Shown piece by piece: positions 39,522 to 50,536 of a stretch of 64,000 bases of DNA; position 1 is the first letter of the stretch; each line of letters starts with the position of its first letter. The DNA is from a virus. The notes beneath the pieces were generated by a model. It had not been told where the DNA came from and did no database searches. It was given only the letters and a program-made list of their open reading frames with translations. Location of the stretch: IMG/VR virus record IMGVR_UViG_3300042387_002331. One strand, 5' to 3'. Made by a program: the position numbers and the translations under genes.

Positions 39522-39801
39522 AATAGCTCCCCAAGCTAGGGCTGCTGTATTTACACAAATTCATGAGATAGTTTTTCACGGTAAAGGTGGATACGATTGG
39601 GATACAATCTATAACATGCCTATATGGCTCCGCCGTTTTACATTCTCAAAAATTCAAGATTTTTATACCGAAGAAAAAAATGCTCTTGAAAACAAAGTAG
39701 GTGATGGAAAGAAAACAGTCATCAACCCAGATGGTACAATAAAAGCTCCTGAATTGCTTCAAAAAGCACTACAAAGCAAAAATGTTCCTAAATATAGCTA
39801 A
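39466..39801 (+). CDS. gp51-like chaperone extension, possibly reached by frameshift
   Basis: GGYDWDTIYNMPIWLR motif; no ATG before the conserved block; overlaps the previous gene. Confidence 0.6.
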   Translation: MTIESVSQLGLAFFGLTYEIAPQARAAVFTQIHEIVFHGKGGYDWDTIYNMPIWLRRFTFSKIQDFYTEEKNALENKVGDGKKTVINPDGTIKAPELLQKALQSKNVPKYS

Positions 39802-39839
39802 AAATGTTGATTTTCAATATTTATAATAAAATCATTTAA

Positions 39840-42245
39840 ATGGCTTTAACTCCTAAAGAACAAGAAAAGTTAAATAAACTTATCCAAGAAGGTATTAAAC
39901 TAGCTCAGCAGTTAAATGATACCCAACAAGCAACAAGTTTTCAAAATTTTACTGGGAGTCTTTCTGATGCTGAACGAATAGTTAAATCATTAAGACAAGA
40001 TTGGGCTGATTATGTTTCTGATATTGGAGGAGCTAGAGAAGGTTTTACTAGAATTGTTGATGAGATGAAAAACATGAATAGTGGACTTGGAAAATCTAAA
40101 GCAGCATTTTCAGATTTATCCAGTTTAGCAGCAAAATTACAAAGTCACCAACAAGGAATATCTACTTTATCAGTAAAAGAATTACAAAATTTAAAGAAAA
40201 AAGTTGCTGAAAAATTAAACGATTTAAAACTTTCCCAAAAACTTATAGCTGACGAAATTTCAGGATTAGAAAATAAAAGTACACTTGAAGCTAATGAGGT
40301 AGCTCGTTTAACTAAATTAAGGGCGGCTCAAAATGAAATTAATAGTGAATTAAGTGAACAAAGTGTCCATATAAATAGATTTAATGCTCAGTTAGACGAA
40401 CAAATTAAGTTAGAAGAACAAATCAATTCTAAACTTGGTCTTACAGGCAAGTTAATAAAAGGAATTAGCCAAGTACCATTAGTTGGTAAATTTATTGATG
40501 CTGATAAAGCATTAGGCAAAATGCGAGATACTGCTAAAGATGGTGGTGGAAAATTAGCAACTTTAGGAGCAGGATTTAAATCTATTGGCGGTGATATAGC
40601 AAAAGGACTTACAGACCCTTTATTTTTAGTCACTCAGCTAGTTAAAATGTTTATAGATGTAGATAAGCAAGCTGGAGCTTTTGCTAAATCACAAAACATA
40701 AGTTATAAAGATGCATTAAAAATGAGAGAAGAATATGCTGCTATGGCAGTTTCTTCTGGAGATATGTCATTAAATGCTAGGGCATTTATGGAAACCCAAA
40801 GTGCTATTGGCACCTCATTAGGAACAAATGCTAAACTTAATAAAGCTGATTTAGAAACCTTTACTAAACTACGTGAAAAAGCAGGACTTACTAATGAAGA
40901 GTTAGTTTCAATTCAAAAAGTATCCTTAGTAAACGGAAAAACCTTAGCCCAAAATTCCTCAGAAATATTAGGAGGTGCTAAAGCATATGCTATGCGTAAT
41001 AAACTTGTTATAAACGAAAAACAAGTATTAAAAGACGTTTCTAAAGCATCATCTGCTTTAACTTTAAGTTTAGGAGGAAGTTTAAAAGCTGTATCCGAAG
41101 CTGTAGTAAAAGCTAAACAATTTGGTTTGACTCTTGAACAAACCGAAAAAATGTCTGAAAGCTTATTAAACTTTGAACAATCTATTGAAAGTGAATTAAG
41201 TGCAGAATTACTTTTAGGTAAAGATTTAAATTTTGAACGAGCAAGAGGATTAGCATTAAACGGAAAAACTGCTGATGCTGCCGCTGAGATAGCAGCCCAA
41301 GTAGGCTCAGCTGCTGATTTTGGTAAATTAAACGTAATCCAACAAGAAGCTATTGCTAAAGCTATTGGGTTAAATCGAGAAGAATTAGCTAAATCATTAA
41401 TAGAAAGAGAAGCGTTAGCTAAAATTGGTTTTAAAGATGCTGAAGCTGCTAAAGCAAGATATGAAGAATTAAGAAAAACCCGTACTGCTGAAGAAGCAGC
41501 TAAAGAATTAGGTGATGAACAATTAGCTTTGCAATTTGAACAACAATCTAATGCTGAAAAATTTGCTCAAACTATGGAGCATGTTAAAGAAATTTTTGTT
41601 AGCATTGTTGATGGTCCTATGGGTTTAATACTAAACTTCTTAGGTGAAATGTTAAAAAATACTACATTAATATACTCAATTACTGGACTTTTAGCAGGAT
41701 TATATGCTGGAAAATTAGTTGGGGGTATTATTATGGCTATTGGACGAACTATAGCTTTAATAGCTGCTAATACCGCAAACGCTGCTGCAGCTACTGCTGC
41801 ATCTACAGCTATGTCATTTGGAGCTATAGTCCCTGTTATATTAGCAGGAGTAGGAGCCGTTATAGGAGCAATCGCTGCATATAAAGCTGATGACTTAATG
41901 TCCGCCCCTCCAGGATACGGTAAACGCACCTTAGTAGGCCCAGAAGGAGCAATCCAATTAAACGATAAAGATACAGTTATTGCAGGTACAAATTTATTTG
42001 GAAACGACGTTAAATCTGAACCAGGTAAAGCTACCAAAATGGGTGGGAAAGGAGAAATTAAATTAGGTGGTGATTCTTCATCTGTAGTAAATGCCATAAT
42101 GGAACTAAGAAAAGATGTAAACGCTTTAGCTAATCGTCCAATAAATGTAGCTATTGATGGTAAAAAAGTAATTGAAGCAACAACTGGTGATAACCCAAAT
42201 ACTCAAGGAGACGAAAATAGAAAAAATAGTTACAAAATGTCTTAA
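39840..42245 (+). CDS. Tape measure protein
   Basis: Long helical Ala/Leu/Lys-rich protein after the chaperones, with hydrophobic segments near the C-terminus. Confidence 0.8.
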   Translation: MALTPKEQEKLNKLIQEGIKLAQQLNDTQQATSFQNFTGSLSDAERIVKSLRQDWADYVSDIGGAREGFTRIVDEMKNMNSGLGKSKAAFSDLSSLAAKLQSHQQGISTLSVKELQNLKKKVAEKLNDLKLSQKLIADEISGLENKSTLEANEVARLTKLRAAQNEINSELSEQSVHINRFNAQLDEQIKLEEQINSKLGLTGKLIKGISQVPLVGKFIDADKALGKMRDTAKDGGGKLATLGAGFKSIGGDIAKGLTDPLFLVTQLVKMFIDVDKQAGAFAKSQNISYKDALKMREEYAAMAVSSGDMSLNARAFMETQSAIGTSLGTNAKLNKADLETFTKLREKAGLTNEELVSIQKVSLVNGKTLAQNSSEILGGAKAYAMRNKLVINEKQVLKDVSKASSALTLSLGGSLKAVSEAVVKAKQFGLTLEQTEKMSESLLNFEQSIESELSAELLLGKDLNFERARGLALNGKTADAAAEIAAQVGSAADFGKLNVIQQEAIAKAIGLNREELAKSLIEREALAKIGFKDAEAAKARYEELRKTRTAEEAAKELGDEQLALQFEQQSNAEKFAQTMEHVKEIFVSIVDGPMGLILNFLGEMLKNTTLIYSITGLLAGLYAGKLVGGIIMAIGRTIALIAANTANAAAATAASTAMSFGAIVPVILAGVGAVIGAIAAYKADDLMSAPPGYGKRTLVGPEGAIQLNDKDTVIAGTNLFGNDVKSEPGKATKMGGKGEIKLGGDSSSVVNAIMELRKDVNALANRPINVAIDGKKVIEATTGDNPNTQGDENRKNSYKMS

Positions 42246-42275
42246 TACATAATATTTATAATAAAATAAATAACC

Positions 42276-42572
42276 ATGGGAATCTTAACTAAATTAACAA
42301 CTCAAGGATCTGCTTTTACAGCATATGATGGTACTACTCCAACTGTAAATCCACTTGCAACCCAGCAATCTAAATTACATGCTAATGGAAACCAACCAGG
42401 ATATTCATTAAATGGTGCTAATGCTGGTCAAGTAACAGCAGATTATAATGCATATCAAGATGGAACACCAAACCAAATTCCATTGCCTTCATTATTAGAC
42501 ATAAATGGAGTTATCCCACCAGTATCACCAGGTGGACAAGGTTTACCGTATTTGAATAATTTACCTGGTTAA
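42276..42572 (+). CDS. Small hypothetical virion protein
   Basis: Late promoter at 42252. Confidence 0.55.
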   Translation: MGILTKLTTQGSAFTAYDGTTPTVNPLATQQSKLHANGNQPGYSLNGANAGQVTADYNAYQDGTPNQIPLPSLLDINGVIPPVSPGGQGLPYLNNLPG

Positions 42573-42582
42573 AACTAATTAA

Positions 42583-44655
42583 ATGGGTCTTTTACTGAAA
42601 TTAAATAATGGGGATACCCAATTAAAATCACTTAAATTTGGTAAAGATAGACCAGGAGGGGGAGATAGTGGACAACCTTTTATTCCTCAAAACATACAAA
42701 CAGGTCTTCAGAATCCTTCGTTTTATAACGATTTTGTATTGCGTGGAGGAATTGAAGCCCCTTTAAGTGCCGCTGAAGACGTTACTCGTTTAACCAAATA
42801 TTTTATAAACATAAAAAACCCTAGCGGGCTTTTATTTACAGCAAAACAAAACCTACTTTCTCGAGTAGGTACAAAAACTGAAGCATCTAAAGGGTTAGGT
42901 TATGCTGGGGGTGCTTTAAATGAAGGAGCATATACACCATTATCTACATTAGCTGAAGCTGGAATAGTATGGGCTGGAGGTCATGTAAACAAACAAGGTT
43001 TAGATCCTACTGGTTTATTTTCATTTGCTTCTATTAACAAATATCAAGATGTTATTGCCCAAAATCAACTTACTGGAAGAATTGATTTAGAAAACAATAG
43101 ACTAGTTAGACTTTCTACTTTAATTCCAGTAAATAGTGGTGAAAATAATTTTGCTTTTGTTAAAGGATATAGTTTAAATCCTACACTAGAAAATGATGTT
43201 TTAATTTCTTATGGAGGCGGATCCGACTCAGTTTTAGGAATAGGAAAAACTAAAATTAAATTTGCAACCGGAAACGATGGTGTTCCTTTAAAAACACTAG
43301 TACCAAAGCCAAAAGATTATTTAGTAGGTAAACCATATGATCCAACCAATGAGGATAAATTCCAATTACCTATTAACGCATCTTCAGATTATAACGAATA
43401 TATAAAAAGTTTTTCAAGTAATTTTGTTGAAAATGATTTAACCAAAAACGGAAAAAATTCGTTTACACAAAATTTTCCAATAGATGTTTACGAATCAGGA
43501 TCACTTAAAAGTAATAGTAATATAGGAAAAGGTTCATGGACACAACAAGACTTTACAAACCAACCTATTAATTCGGATGCAACTACATTAAATGATTTTA
43601 GACAAATACTAAAACCAACAGAAAGCCCTCAATATACCTTTTTAAGTTTAGCTCCTCCATATGCAACTAACAATATTGAAGATAATCTTAAATTGGGTAA
43701 TCCTGGAAGAAAAGGAAACATTTCAAGTTACACAGCAGGTAAAAAATCTATAAACGGACCTATTACCAATTTAGGACCTGTAGATAGAGTAAATGCTTCT
43801 CCAATATATAAAACAAACACTAAAGACGGATCTAAATACTCTACCGACCCAAATTTAAAAGACATTATTCCGTTTTTTATCGCTATATTAAACAATGATA
43901 ATCAAGTAGGAGGTACATATAAAAAATATATGCACTTTAGAGCTTTTATAGATTCATTTTCTGATTCATATGGTGCTGAATGGAAATCTATAGAATATAT
44001 GGGTAGAGCAGAAAAATTCTACAAATATGGAGGATTTACTCGAGAAATATCAATGGCATTTACTATTGTAGCTCAATCAAGAGAAGAAATAACAATTATG
44101 TATGATAAGTTAAACTTCCTTGCCTCTTCACTTGCTCCTGAGTACCTTGATAGTTACACATCAGGATATATGGCAGGAAACATTGCATACGTTACTTTAG
44201 GAGGTTATTTAGATGACCAACCAGGAGTTATAACATCATTAACATTTGATGTCCCTGAAGAATCACCTTGGGAAATAGGTATAGATGATGCGGGAAATGA
44301 TTTACCTATAAATGATATCAGACAAGTACCTCATATGATTAAAGTAACGGGTATTAAATTTATTCCAATTCACAAATTTAGACCTGAAAAACAATCATTT
44401 AGAAATGATAAACTTGGAACTGATAGTACTAGATTACTAAACACAGGTAAACAAAGATACATAGACCAACTTCGTCCTGAAACATCAAATTATGATAGAG
44501 AAAATTCACGATTAAATCAAATAGAGTCAGAAAAGATTGCTTTACAAAACCAAACCACTACAAACTTATTAGTATCCCAACAAGCCCCATCAGGGATAGA
44601 AAATGTTACAAATAACCAAGGTTTAATTAATTCTAATACACTTACTCAATTATGA
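42583..44655 (+). CDS. Baseplate/tail-tube initiator-like protein
   Basis: C-terminal tube-like block FRAFIDSFSDSY..EW...EYMGRAE..YKY.GFTR; baseplate context. Confidence 0.55.
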   Translation: MGLLLKLNNGDTQLKSLKFGKDRPGGGDSGQPFIPQNIQTGLQNPSFYNDFVLRGGIEAPLSAAEDVTRLTKYFINIKNPSGLLFTAKQNLLSRVGTKTEASKGLGYAGGALNEGAYTPLSTLAEAGIVWAGGHVNKQGLDPTGLFSFASINKYQDVIAQNQLTGRIDLENNRLVRLSTLIPVNSGENNFAFVKGYSLNPTLENDVLISYGGGSDSVLGIGKTKIKFATGNDGVPLKTLVPKPKDYLVGKPYDPTNEDKFQLPINASSDYNEYIKSFSSNFVENDLTKNGKNSFTQNFPIDVYESGSLKSNSNIGKGSWTQQDFTNQPINSDATTLNDFRQILKPTESPQYTFLSLAPPYATNNIEDNLKLGNPGRKGNISSYTAGKKSINGPITNLGPVDRVNASPIYKTNTKDGSKYSTDPNLKDIIPFFIAILNNDNQVGGTYKKYMHFRAFIDSFSDSYGAEWKSIEYMGRAEKFYKYGGFTREISMAFTIVAQSREEITIMYDKLNFLASSLAPEYLDSYTSGYMAGNIAYVTLGGYLDDQPGVITSLTFDVPEESPWEIGIDDAGNDLPINDIRQVPHMIKVTGIKFIPIHKFRPEKQSFRNDKLGTDSTRLLNTGKQRYIDQLRPETSNYDRENSRLNQIESEKIALQNQTTTNLLVSQQAPSGIENVTNNQGLINSNTLTQL

Positions 44656-44966
44656 TTCGTTACAGAGGTTCTTTTACATATGATACTCCTAATGGATCTC
44701 AAATAGGATATGCTTTAACTAAATATCCAATAATTCCTTTGAGTTCTTTAGATATTTATGTATATACTACACAAGGTGATAGGTATGATGTTATAGCACA
44801 AAACTACTATAATGATTCAACTTTGTGGTGGATAATTAATCGTGCAAACCCAAATCAAGATGCAAATTCAATATTTCCTACTGTAGGGGCCCAAATCAGG
44901 ATTCCTGCTTTTGACAGAATAGGAGAAATTTTATTACAATATGAAGCATTAAATTTATCAATTTAA
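44652..44966 (+). CDS. Baseplate wedge LysM-like protein (gp53/gpX-like)
   Basis: TTQGDRYDVIAQNYYNDSTLWWIINRAN...GAQIRIP. Confidence 0.75.
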   Translation: MIRYRGSFTYDTPNGSQIGYALTKYPIIPLSSLDIYVYTTQGDRYDVIAQNYYNDSTLWWIINRANPNQDANSIFPTVGAQIRIPAFDRIGEILLQYEALNLSI

Positions 44967-44973
44967 AAAAGTT

Positions 44974-47900
44974 ATGGCTATTATCGGAGAACCAATCCCA
45001 GGATATGTTGCAAATCAAATAGTTGTTAGACAACTACTTCATGGAAGTGGTGCTGGAACTGCTAATGATAAATCATCATTTTCTAGAACCGACCAACAAA
45101 TTAATCTTTTAAATTCTAATACAGCTTGGGTAAAATTAGCCTCTGGAATTTCAGTAAGTGCTGAAAGGTTAACGGATATAGGGGTATCTACTTCCCTTAA
45201 TGGAATGGGTTTAGCAAAAAAATATATTTTACATGCTGGATTTTCTAGATTAGAACAAGATGGAACTGATAGATTAATTCAACGACAAGGCTTTCTCCCC
45301 CAAGATCCAAATAGTTCATATACTTATGGAACATATGGATATTCTCCTATGCCTGGTATTTTAAGTGCTGATATAAAATCATTAAATAGGGGTTCAATTA
45401 AAAAAGCAACAGTTAGACTAATTGCTCATAATAAACAACAATTTGATATTATAGATCTTTTATATTTAAGACTAGGATATACTGTTTTACTTGAATGGGG
45501 AAATAGTCTTTTTACTGCTAATGGGGTAGATAGAGACATATTACGTGAGACATTACTTGAAAAAACGTTTTTTGATTTAGGTGAAAAAAAGTCATATCTA
45601 GATATGTTAACCCCTATTGAAACCTACAGACAAAAATATGCAGGAAACTACGATGGACTTTTAGGTAAAGTATCTAATTTTAGTTGGGCATTTCAACCTG
45701 ATGGATCATATAGTATAGAAATTACTATAATAAGTTTAGGTGATGTTATTGAATCATTAAAAACTAATATTTCGATCCCTCAAAGTTTTAAAAAGTTTAC
45801 AGAAATAGGTTCAATTTCTTTATCCGAAGAAGAAGCTAGTAAAATTAACAACCAAACTTCTTTTCAAGGTAGTACCTCTACAAACGAATCTTCAAATAAC
45901 CCCAACATAATAGAAGATAATAAAAGTTCTAATGCTCTATATGCTATGTTGTGGACATGGAAATGGACCAATAGAAATTTTGAAAACCCAGAATACGTTA
46001 AACAAATCCCTAAAGAACTTCAAGTTACATTTACTGATTTAAAAAATATGGGAACTTTTATTCCTCCTGGAGGAAAAACTGTTGAAGCCCAAACTACTAC
46101 AGTAGAATTTTATTATAAGATATCTTCAAAAAAACTTTCAGCAGGATTATCAGGAAAAAATGCTTTAGAACTTTCTAAAGTTCACCCAGAAGCTAAAAGT
46201 GAATGGTTCCAACCAGTAAAAGAAGAGCTTTCATCAAATTCTCCTAGTGTGCTTGAAGCTGCAATTACTCAAAAACAAAAATCATTAGAAGATGCTTTAG
46301 CAACAAAAACTAAAAACCCTAAAGAAGGTGAATATCCTGTTGTAAAAATTTGGAATAGTGCTAAAGTAAGATATGAAGTAGCTAATGATAGAGCAGGCAC
46401 TGTAAGAGAAATAGCAGATCCTGGATGGGATTATTATTATATCTATGTAGCTTACAAAAAATTAAATTCTACTACAGTTTCTGCTGAAAACCCTATTAGA
46501 AATTTTGGATGTGAAGATTGTTTTTTTCTAAGTATACCTACTTATCCATATTATCTTAGATTTGGAGCTTTATTAAAATATCTTGTTGAAGATATATTTC
46601 CAAAAATAGATGATGGTAATTCTGACTATGCAAGTAGACCTCCAATTGTAAATATTGATTACAGTGAAGAAAACAATGTTATGTTTACTTTAAAAAGTCA
46701 AGTTTCTTTAGACCCAAGAGTTTGTTTAGTAAGAAATGATTCTTTAGGAGGCAAATATAAAGTCCTCCCAGAAATTTTTCCTTTTCAAGTTACAGAAAAT
46801 AAAAATGTAGCAACCCCTATGAATATTTATTTGAATTTTGACTTTATTACGGAATGCATAAGTTCAAATGCCGATGAAAGGGGAGATGTTAATGTATATA
46901 ACTTTTTAAAATCAATATGTGATGGTTTAAATAAAGCTTTAGGTGGAGTAAACAACCTAGAACCAGTAGTTGATGAAAATAGTAATGTTCTTAGTATTGT
47001 AGATACAACCCCTATCCCTGGGTTAAACCAAAATGATGTCTCAAATTATATCCTCCAATTATATGGATATAAAAAAAATGGAAACTTATATGAATCTAAT
47101 TTTGTTAGAAAAGTCGACTTAAAAACAGCCATAACCCCAGAGTATGCTACTATGATTACTGTAGGAGCAACTGCTGGAGGATATGTTAAAGGAGTTGAAG
47201 CAACTGCATTTTCAAAATGGAATGTTGGATTAACTGATAGATTTAAAGAATCCCTTATACCTGGAAATCCAAACTCAGCCCCTCCTTCTTCTTCAGTTTC
47301 GGGCTCAGAAGATGAAGCTGTTGTAAACTATAATAAAAATTACTATGGAGGAAAGGTTGCAAGACTTTATGGATTTGGAAATGATGACAATAATAAAGTT
47401 TCTATTTCTTCTGATATTATAGATAAAAATATTTCTATAGTAACAGAATATAACAAATATACAATGGCTTCTAATGGTATAAAATCAGGAGGAACAATTG
47501 GATTTATACCATTTAAAATTTCATTTGTTATGGATGGAATATCGGGTATAAAAATATATAGTAAATTACAAGTTGATACTCGATTTTTACCCAAAGCGTA
47601 TGGTGACAATTTAAATTTAATTGTTACTGGGGTAAACCATAAGTTAGCAAATAATGATTGGGAAACTGAAATAGAAGCAACTGTTATTCCTAAAACAGGA
47701 GATATTACTGAAATTGATCAAACAGTTTCAAACCCTATTTACCAAACATATTCTCAAGCAGTTCAAGCAGCATCAACCTCAGGAAATGTAAAATCATGCA
47801 GTAGTATTCCTCAAGGCAATGGAATATTATCTTCAGAAAGATCTATTTTAAAATCAAGAAACATTAATTATCTTAATTACAAAGGTATTCAAAATACTGA

Positions 47901-48642
47901 TAAATCTGTTATTGACTTTATTAGAGGAAAAAATGAAGGAGGATACTTTCATCCTATCCAATATGTTGTATATACATCTGAAAATAATGTATCCCCTAAA
48001 CCAGGAGGAGTAGGAATGGGAGCTTCAGGAGAAACTCTTTGGGGAGAAGATAGATTTGCTGGTGATGGAGACGGCACTGCTAATAAACGAGAATTTTGGA
48101 GTATAGTAGATAAATATTCTGGGTTTGGAGCCTTTTCATCCCTTAGTTTAAAATATGGCAAAAAATGGAGCGGCTGGCAAAAGTGGAAAAGTCCAGGAGG
48201 GTTAATTTATAAAAATTATCAAGATAAAGGATGGAAATATGATAATCTTCATTATCCTGATAAAGATCCTTATTGGGGTGGAAGAAACATTAATCAAACC
48301 CAATGGAAAAAAGATCTTGAAAGACTTAAAGAACTTAAATATAAAATAGTTGAAGAATCATTTTACACAATGTTAAATGGTAATTTTAAAACTCATCCTG
48401 AACTTAAAAATCTTATTTTAAGTGATGTAAGAACAAGATATATGTGGTATAGAGCTAGATATAATGGACCAGGATATTTTCAAGCTTATGCTAAAAATTT
48501 AAAAAATGTTTGGGATGGTGGAGAAAGAAATATAGATAAATTAATATGTATTGATTTTACTTTTAGGTATAATTATAATAAAGGAAAAACATATGAACCT
48601 GATGTAAAACGAATGGCCGATTATGTAATTCCCAATAGATAA
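44974..48642 (+). CDS. Large baseplate hub protein with a putative C-terminal lysozyme-like domain
   Basis: PMPGI, LRLGYTVLLEWG and VNHKL..NDWETEI hub motifs; C-terminal EGGY...GETLWG. Confidence 0.6.
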   Translation: MAIIGEPIPGYVANQIVVRQLLHGSGAGTANDKSSFSRTDQQINLLNSNTAWVKLASGISVSAERLTDIGVSTSLNGMGLAKKYILHAGFSRLEQDGTDRLIQRQGFLPQDPNSSYTYGTYGYSPMPGILSADIKSLNRGSIKKATVRLIAHNKQQFDIIDLLYLRLGYTVLLEWGNSLFTANGVDRDILRETLLEKTFFDLGEKKSYLDMLTPIETYRQKYAGNYDGLLGKVSNFSWAFQPDGSYSIEITIISLGDVIESLKTNISIPQSFKKFTEIGSISLSEEEASKINNQTSFQGSTSTNESSNNPNIIEDNKSSNALYAMLWTWKWTNRNFENPEYVKQIPKELQVTFTDLKNMGTFIPPGGKTVEAQTTTVEFYYKISSKKLSAGLSGKNALELSKVHPEAKSEWFQPVKEELSSNSPSVLEAAITQKQKSLEDALATKTKNPKEGEYPVVKIWNSAKVRYEVANDRAGTVREIADPGWDYYYIYVAYKKLNSTTVSAENPIRNFGCEDCFFLSIPTYPYYLRFGALLKYLVEDIFPKIDDGNSDYASRPPIVNIDYSEENNVMFTLKSQVSLDPRVCLVRNDSLGGKYKVLPEIFPFQVTENKNVATPMNIYLNFDFITECISSNADERGDVNVYNFLKSICDGLNKALGGVNNLEPVVDENSNVLSIVDTTPIPGLNQNDVSNYILQLYGYKKNGNLYESNFVRKVDLKTAITPEYATMITVGATAGGYVKGVEATAFSKWNVGLTDRFKESLIPGNPNSAPPSSSVSGSEDEAVVNYNKNYYGGKVARLYGFGNDDNNKVSISSDIIDKNISIVTEYNKYTMASNGIKSGGTIGFIPFKISFVMDGISGIKIYSKLQVDTRFLPKAYGDNLNLIVTGVNHKLANNDWETEIEATVIPKTGDITEIDQTVSNPIYQTYSQAVQAASTSGNVKSCSSIPQGNGILSSERSILKSRNINYLNYKGIQNTDKSVIDFIRGKNEGGYFHPIQYVVYTSENNVSPKPGGVGMGASGETLWGEDRFAGDGDGTANKREFWSIVDKYSGFGAFSSLSLKYGKKWSGWQKWKSPGGLIYKNYQDKGWKYDNLHYPDKDPYWGGRNINQTQWKKDLERLKELKYKIVEESFYTMLNGNFKTHPELKNLILSDVRTRYMWYRARYNGPGYFQAYAKNLKNVWDGGERNIDKLICIDFTFRYNYNKGKTYEPDVKRMADYVIPNR

Positions 48643-48651
48643 TAAATTTTT

Positions 48652-49260
48652 ATGTATTACCCAAAATCTCAAATAAAAACTAATCTTTTCACTAATGGTG
48701 ATGCTTATAAACTTTCTTCTACTAACGAGATATATACTGGATATTACTATGAAGTTTCAAATGGAAGTAAATTTACTGGAAAAAATCCTCAAAACCCACC
48801 TAATATTCTTTTAATCCCTATTAATAACCAATTTTCTAACATTTTTAATACAGGAGTTACTAACAATGTCATACCTCCAATAATAACCCTTGAAACTATA
48901 GATTTAGAATATAATTTGTCTCTCCTTCAAGAAAGATTTATCCCCTTATTTAACCCAACTATACCCACTCCTCAGGACCAACAAAATAAACAATTTACAA
49001 GGTATTTTTGTAAAAAAAATAATGAAATACAATATCTAGAAATTGATTTAAATACATACAAAAAACTTGCAAATCAAGACCCTCAAATAGCATGGGATCT
49101 GTATACTCCTGCTATATTAAATTGGCAAATTGTAGGCAATAAAGAACAAGTTTATAAATCAAATAAAGCATCTGCTGTTGCTATAGAGCAAAACTTAAAA
49201 TGGTATGGGTTCTCTCAATATTTTCAAGACAAGTTTTTAAAATATTACGTGGAATCCTAA
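48652..49260 (+). CDS. Hypothetical baseplate-region protein
   Basis: MYYPKSQI...FTRYFCKK. Confidence 0.55.
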   Translation: MYYPKSQIKTNLFTNGDAYKLSSTNEIYTGYYYEVSNGSKFTGKNPQNPPNILLIPINNQFSNIFNTGVTNNVIPPIITLETIDLEYNLSLLQERFIPLFNPTIPTPQDQQNKQFTRYFCKKNNEIQYLEIDLNTYKKLANQDPQIAWDLYTPAILNWQIVGNKEQVYKSNKASAVAIEQNLKWYGFSQYFQDKFLKYYVES

Positions 49261-49283
49261 AAAATCTTTAGTATCTTCAAAGC

Positions 49284-50531
49284 ATGTATTGGCTTATAGA
49301 AGATCCTAAACATATAGACATTTTAGCAAGAGCAAGACACGAAGTTGCTTATGTTGAAGTAATTCCAACTTCACACAACTTACACCCTGTTGAAAATGAA
49401 GTATGTGCTCTTTACATTCGTCCAAGGGATGATTTAAAAGGATATATTATCCCAATCAACCATAGCGAAACAATAAATTCTACAATAGATGATTGTTTAA
49501 AAGTATTAAACAGTATAAAAAACATTTACGTAAGGGATAGAAAGGAATTTTTACATTATTTTTGCCTTAAGCATTGTTACCAATACTCACCCTCCCCCCA
49601 TACGTATATACCTCAACAAACAACGGCTCACACACACATTTACAACAAGTATCCAAATATACAATATTTAAACACAATAGTACCGATCGTAAAACACTAT
49701 GAGGTATGTGAACAAAACTATGCTAACTTTAAAGGTGAAATAAACCCATTTTACAATAAAGCAGCACTTGTGTTTAATCAACTAGAACGAGCGGGTATTA
49801 AAGTAGATCCATTATTGTTCGAGGAGTACTTCGATCAACAAGTAGATGAATTTGTATACACGCAATACAATTTAAACACATTAACAACAAGACCATCAAA
49901 TACATTTAATACTATTAACTTTTCAGCCCTAAACAAAGACAATGAAGAAAGAAAATGCTTTATACCCCGTAATGAGAGTTTTATTGAGTTTGACATATCT
50001 GCTTATCACCCTACCCTTTTGGCTAGTCTTTGCGGTTACGACTTTGGTAGTGACGATATCCACTTATCTTTTTCTAAAATGTATGGTGTGGATTACACCA
50101 AAGCGAAAGAGATCACGTTTAAACAGCTTTATGGAGGAATATGGAAGGAATACGAAACCTTGGACTTTTTTCGACAAGTAAAAACATATACAGATGATTT
50201 GTGGAAAACATTTAACACAAACGGATACATTAAATGCCCCATTTCAAATCATAAATTTATGAAAAAGGATCTGGAAAATATGAATCCACAAAAGCTTTTA
50301 AATTACGTACTACAAAATTTGGAGACCGCAAATAATGTTCTTATATTATATGAGATATTTAAGATTTTGCGAGGAAAAAATACTAAACTCGTACTATATG
50401 TGTACGATTCGTTTTTATTTGATGTAGATGAAAGTGAAATAGATATGATAGAACAGATAAAACAGGTATTTAAAGACAAAAAATTACAAATTAAAGTAAA
50501 ACAAGGTAAAAACTACAACGATATTAAATAA
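49284..50531 (+). CDS. polA: Short family-A DNA polymerase-like protein
   Basis: TTRPS, motif A EFDISAYHP, motif B KEITFKQLYGG, NYVLQ, motif C VYDSFLFD. Confidence 0.8.
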   Translation: MYWLIEDPKHIDILARARHEVAYVEVIPTSHNLHPVENEVCALYIRPRDDLKGYIIPINHSETINSTIDDCLKVLNSIKNIYVRDRKEFLHYFCLKHCYQYSPSPHTYIPQQTTAHTHIYNKYPNIQYLNTIVPIVKHYEVCEQNYANFKGEINPFYNKAALVFNQLERAGIKVDPLLFEEYFDQQVDEFVYTQYNLNTLTTRPSNTFNTINFSALNKDNEERKCFIPRNESFIEFDISAYHPTLLASLCGYDFGSDDIHLSFSKMYGVDYTKAKEITFKQLYGGIWKEYETLDFFRQVKTYTDDLWKTFNTNGYIKCPISNHKFMKKDLENMNPQKLLNYVLQNLETANNVLILYEIFKILRGKNTKLVLYVYDSFLFDVDESEIDMIEQIKQVFKDKKLQIKVKQGKNYNDIK

Positions 50532-50536
50532 AAGTT

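Noticed and set aside
31775-48642. Bacterial extracellular contractile injection system locus, suggested by the two sheath genes
   Set aside because: Terminase, portal, capsid and replication genes are contiguous with it, so this is a phage.
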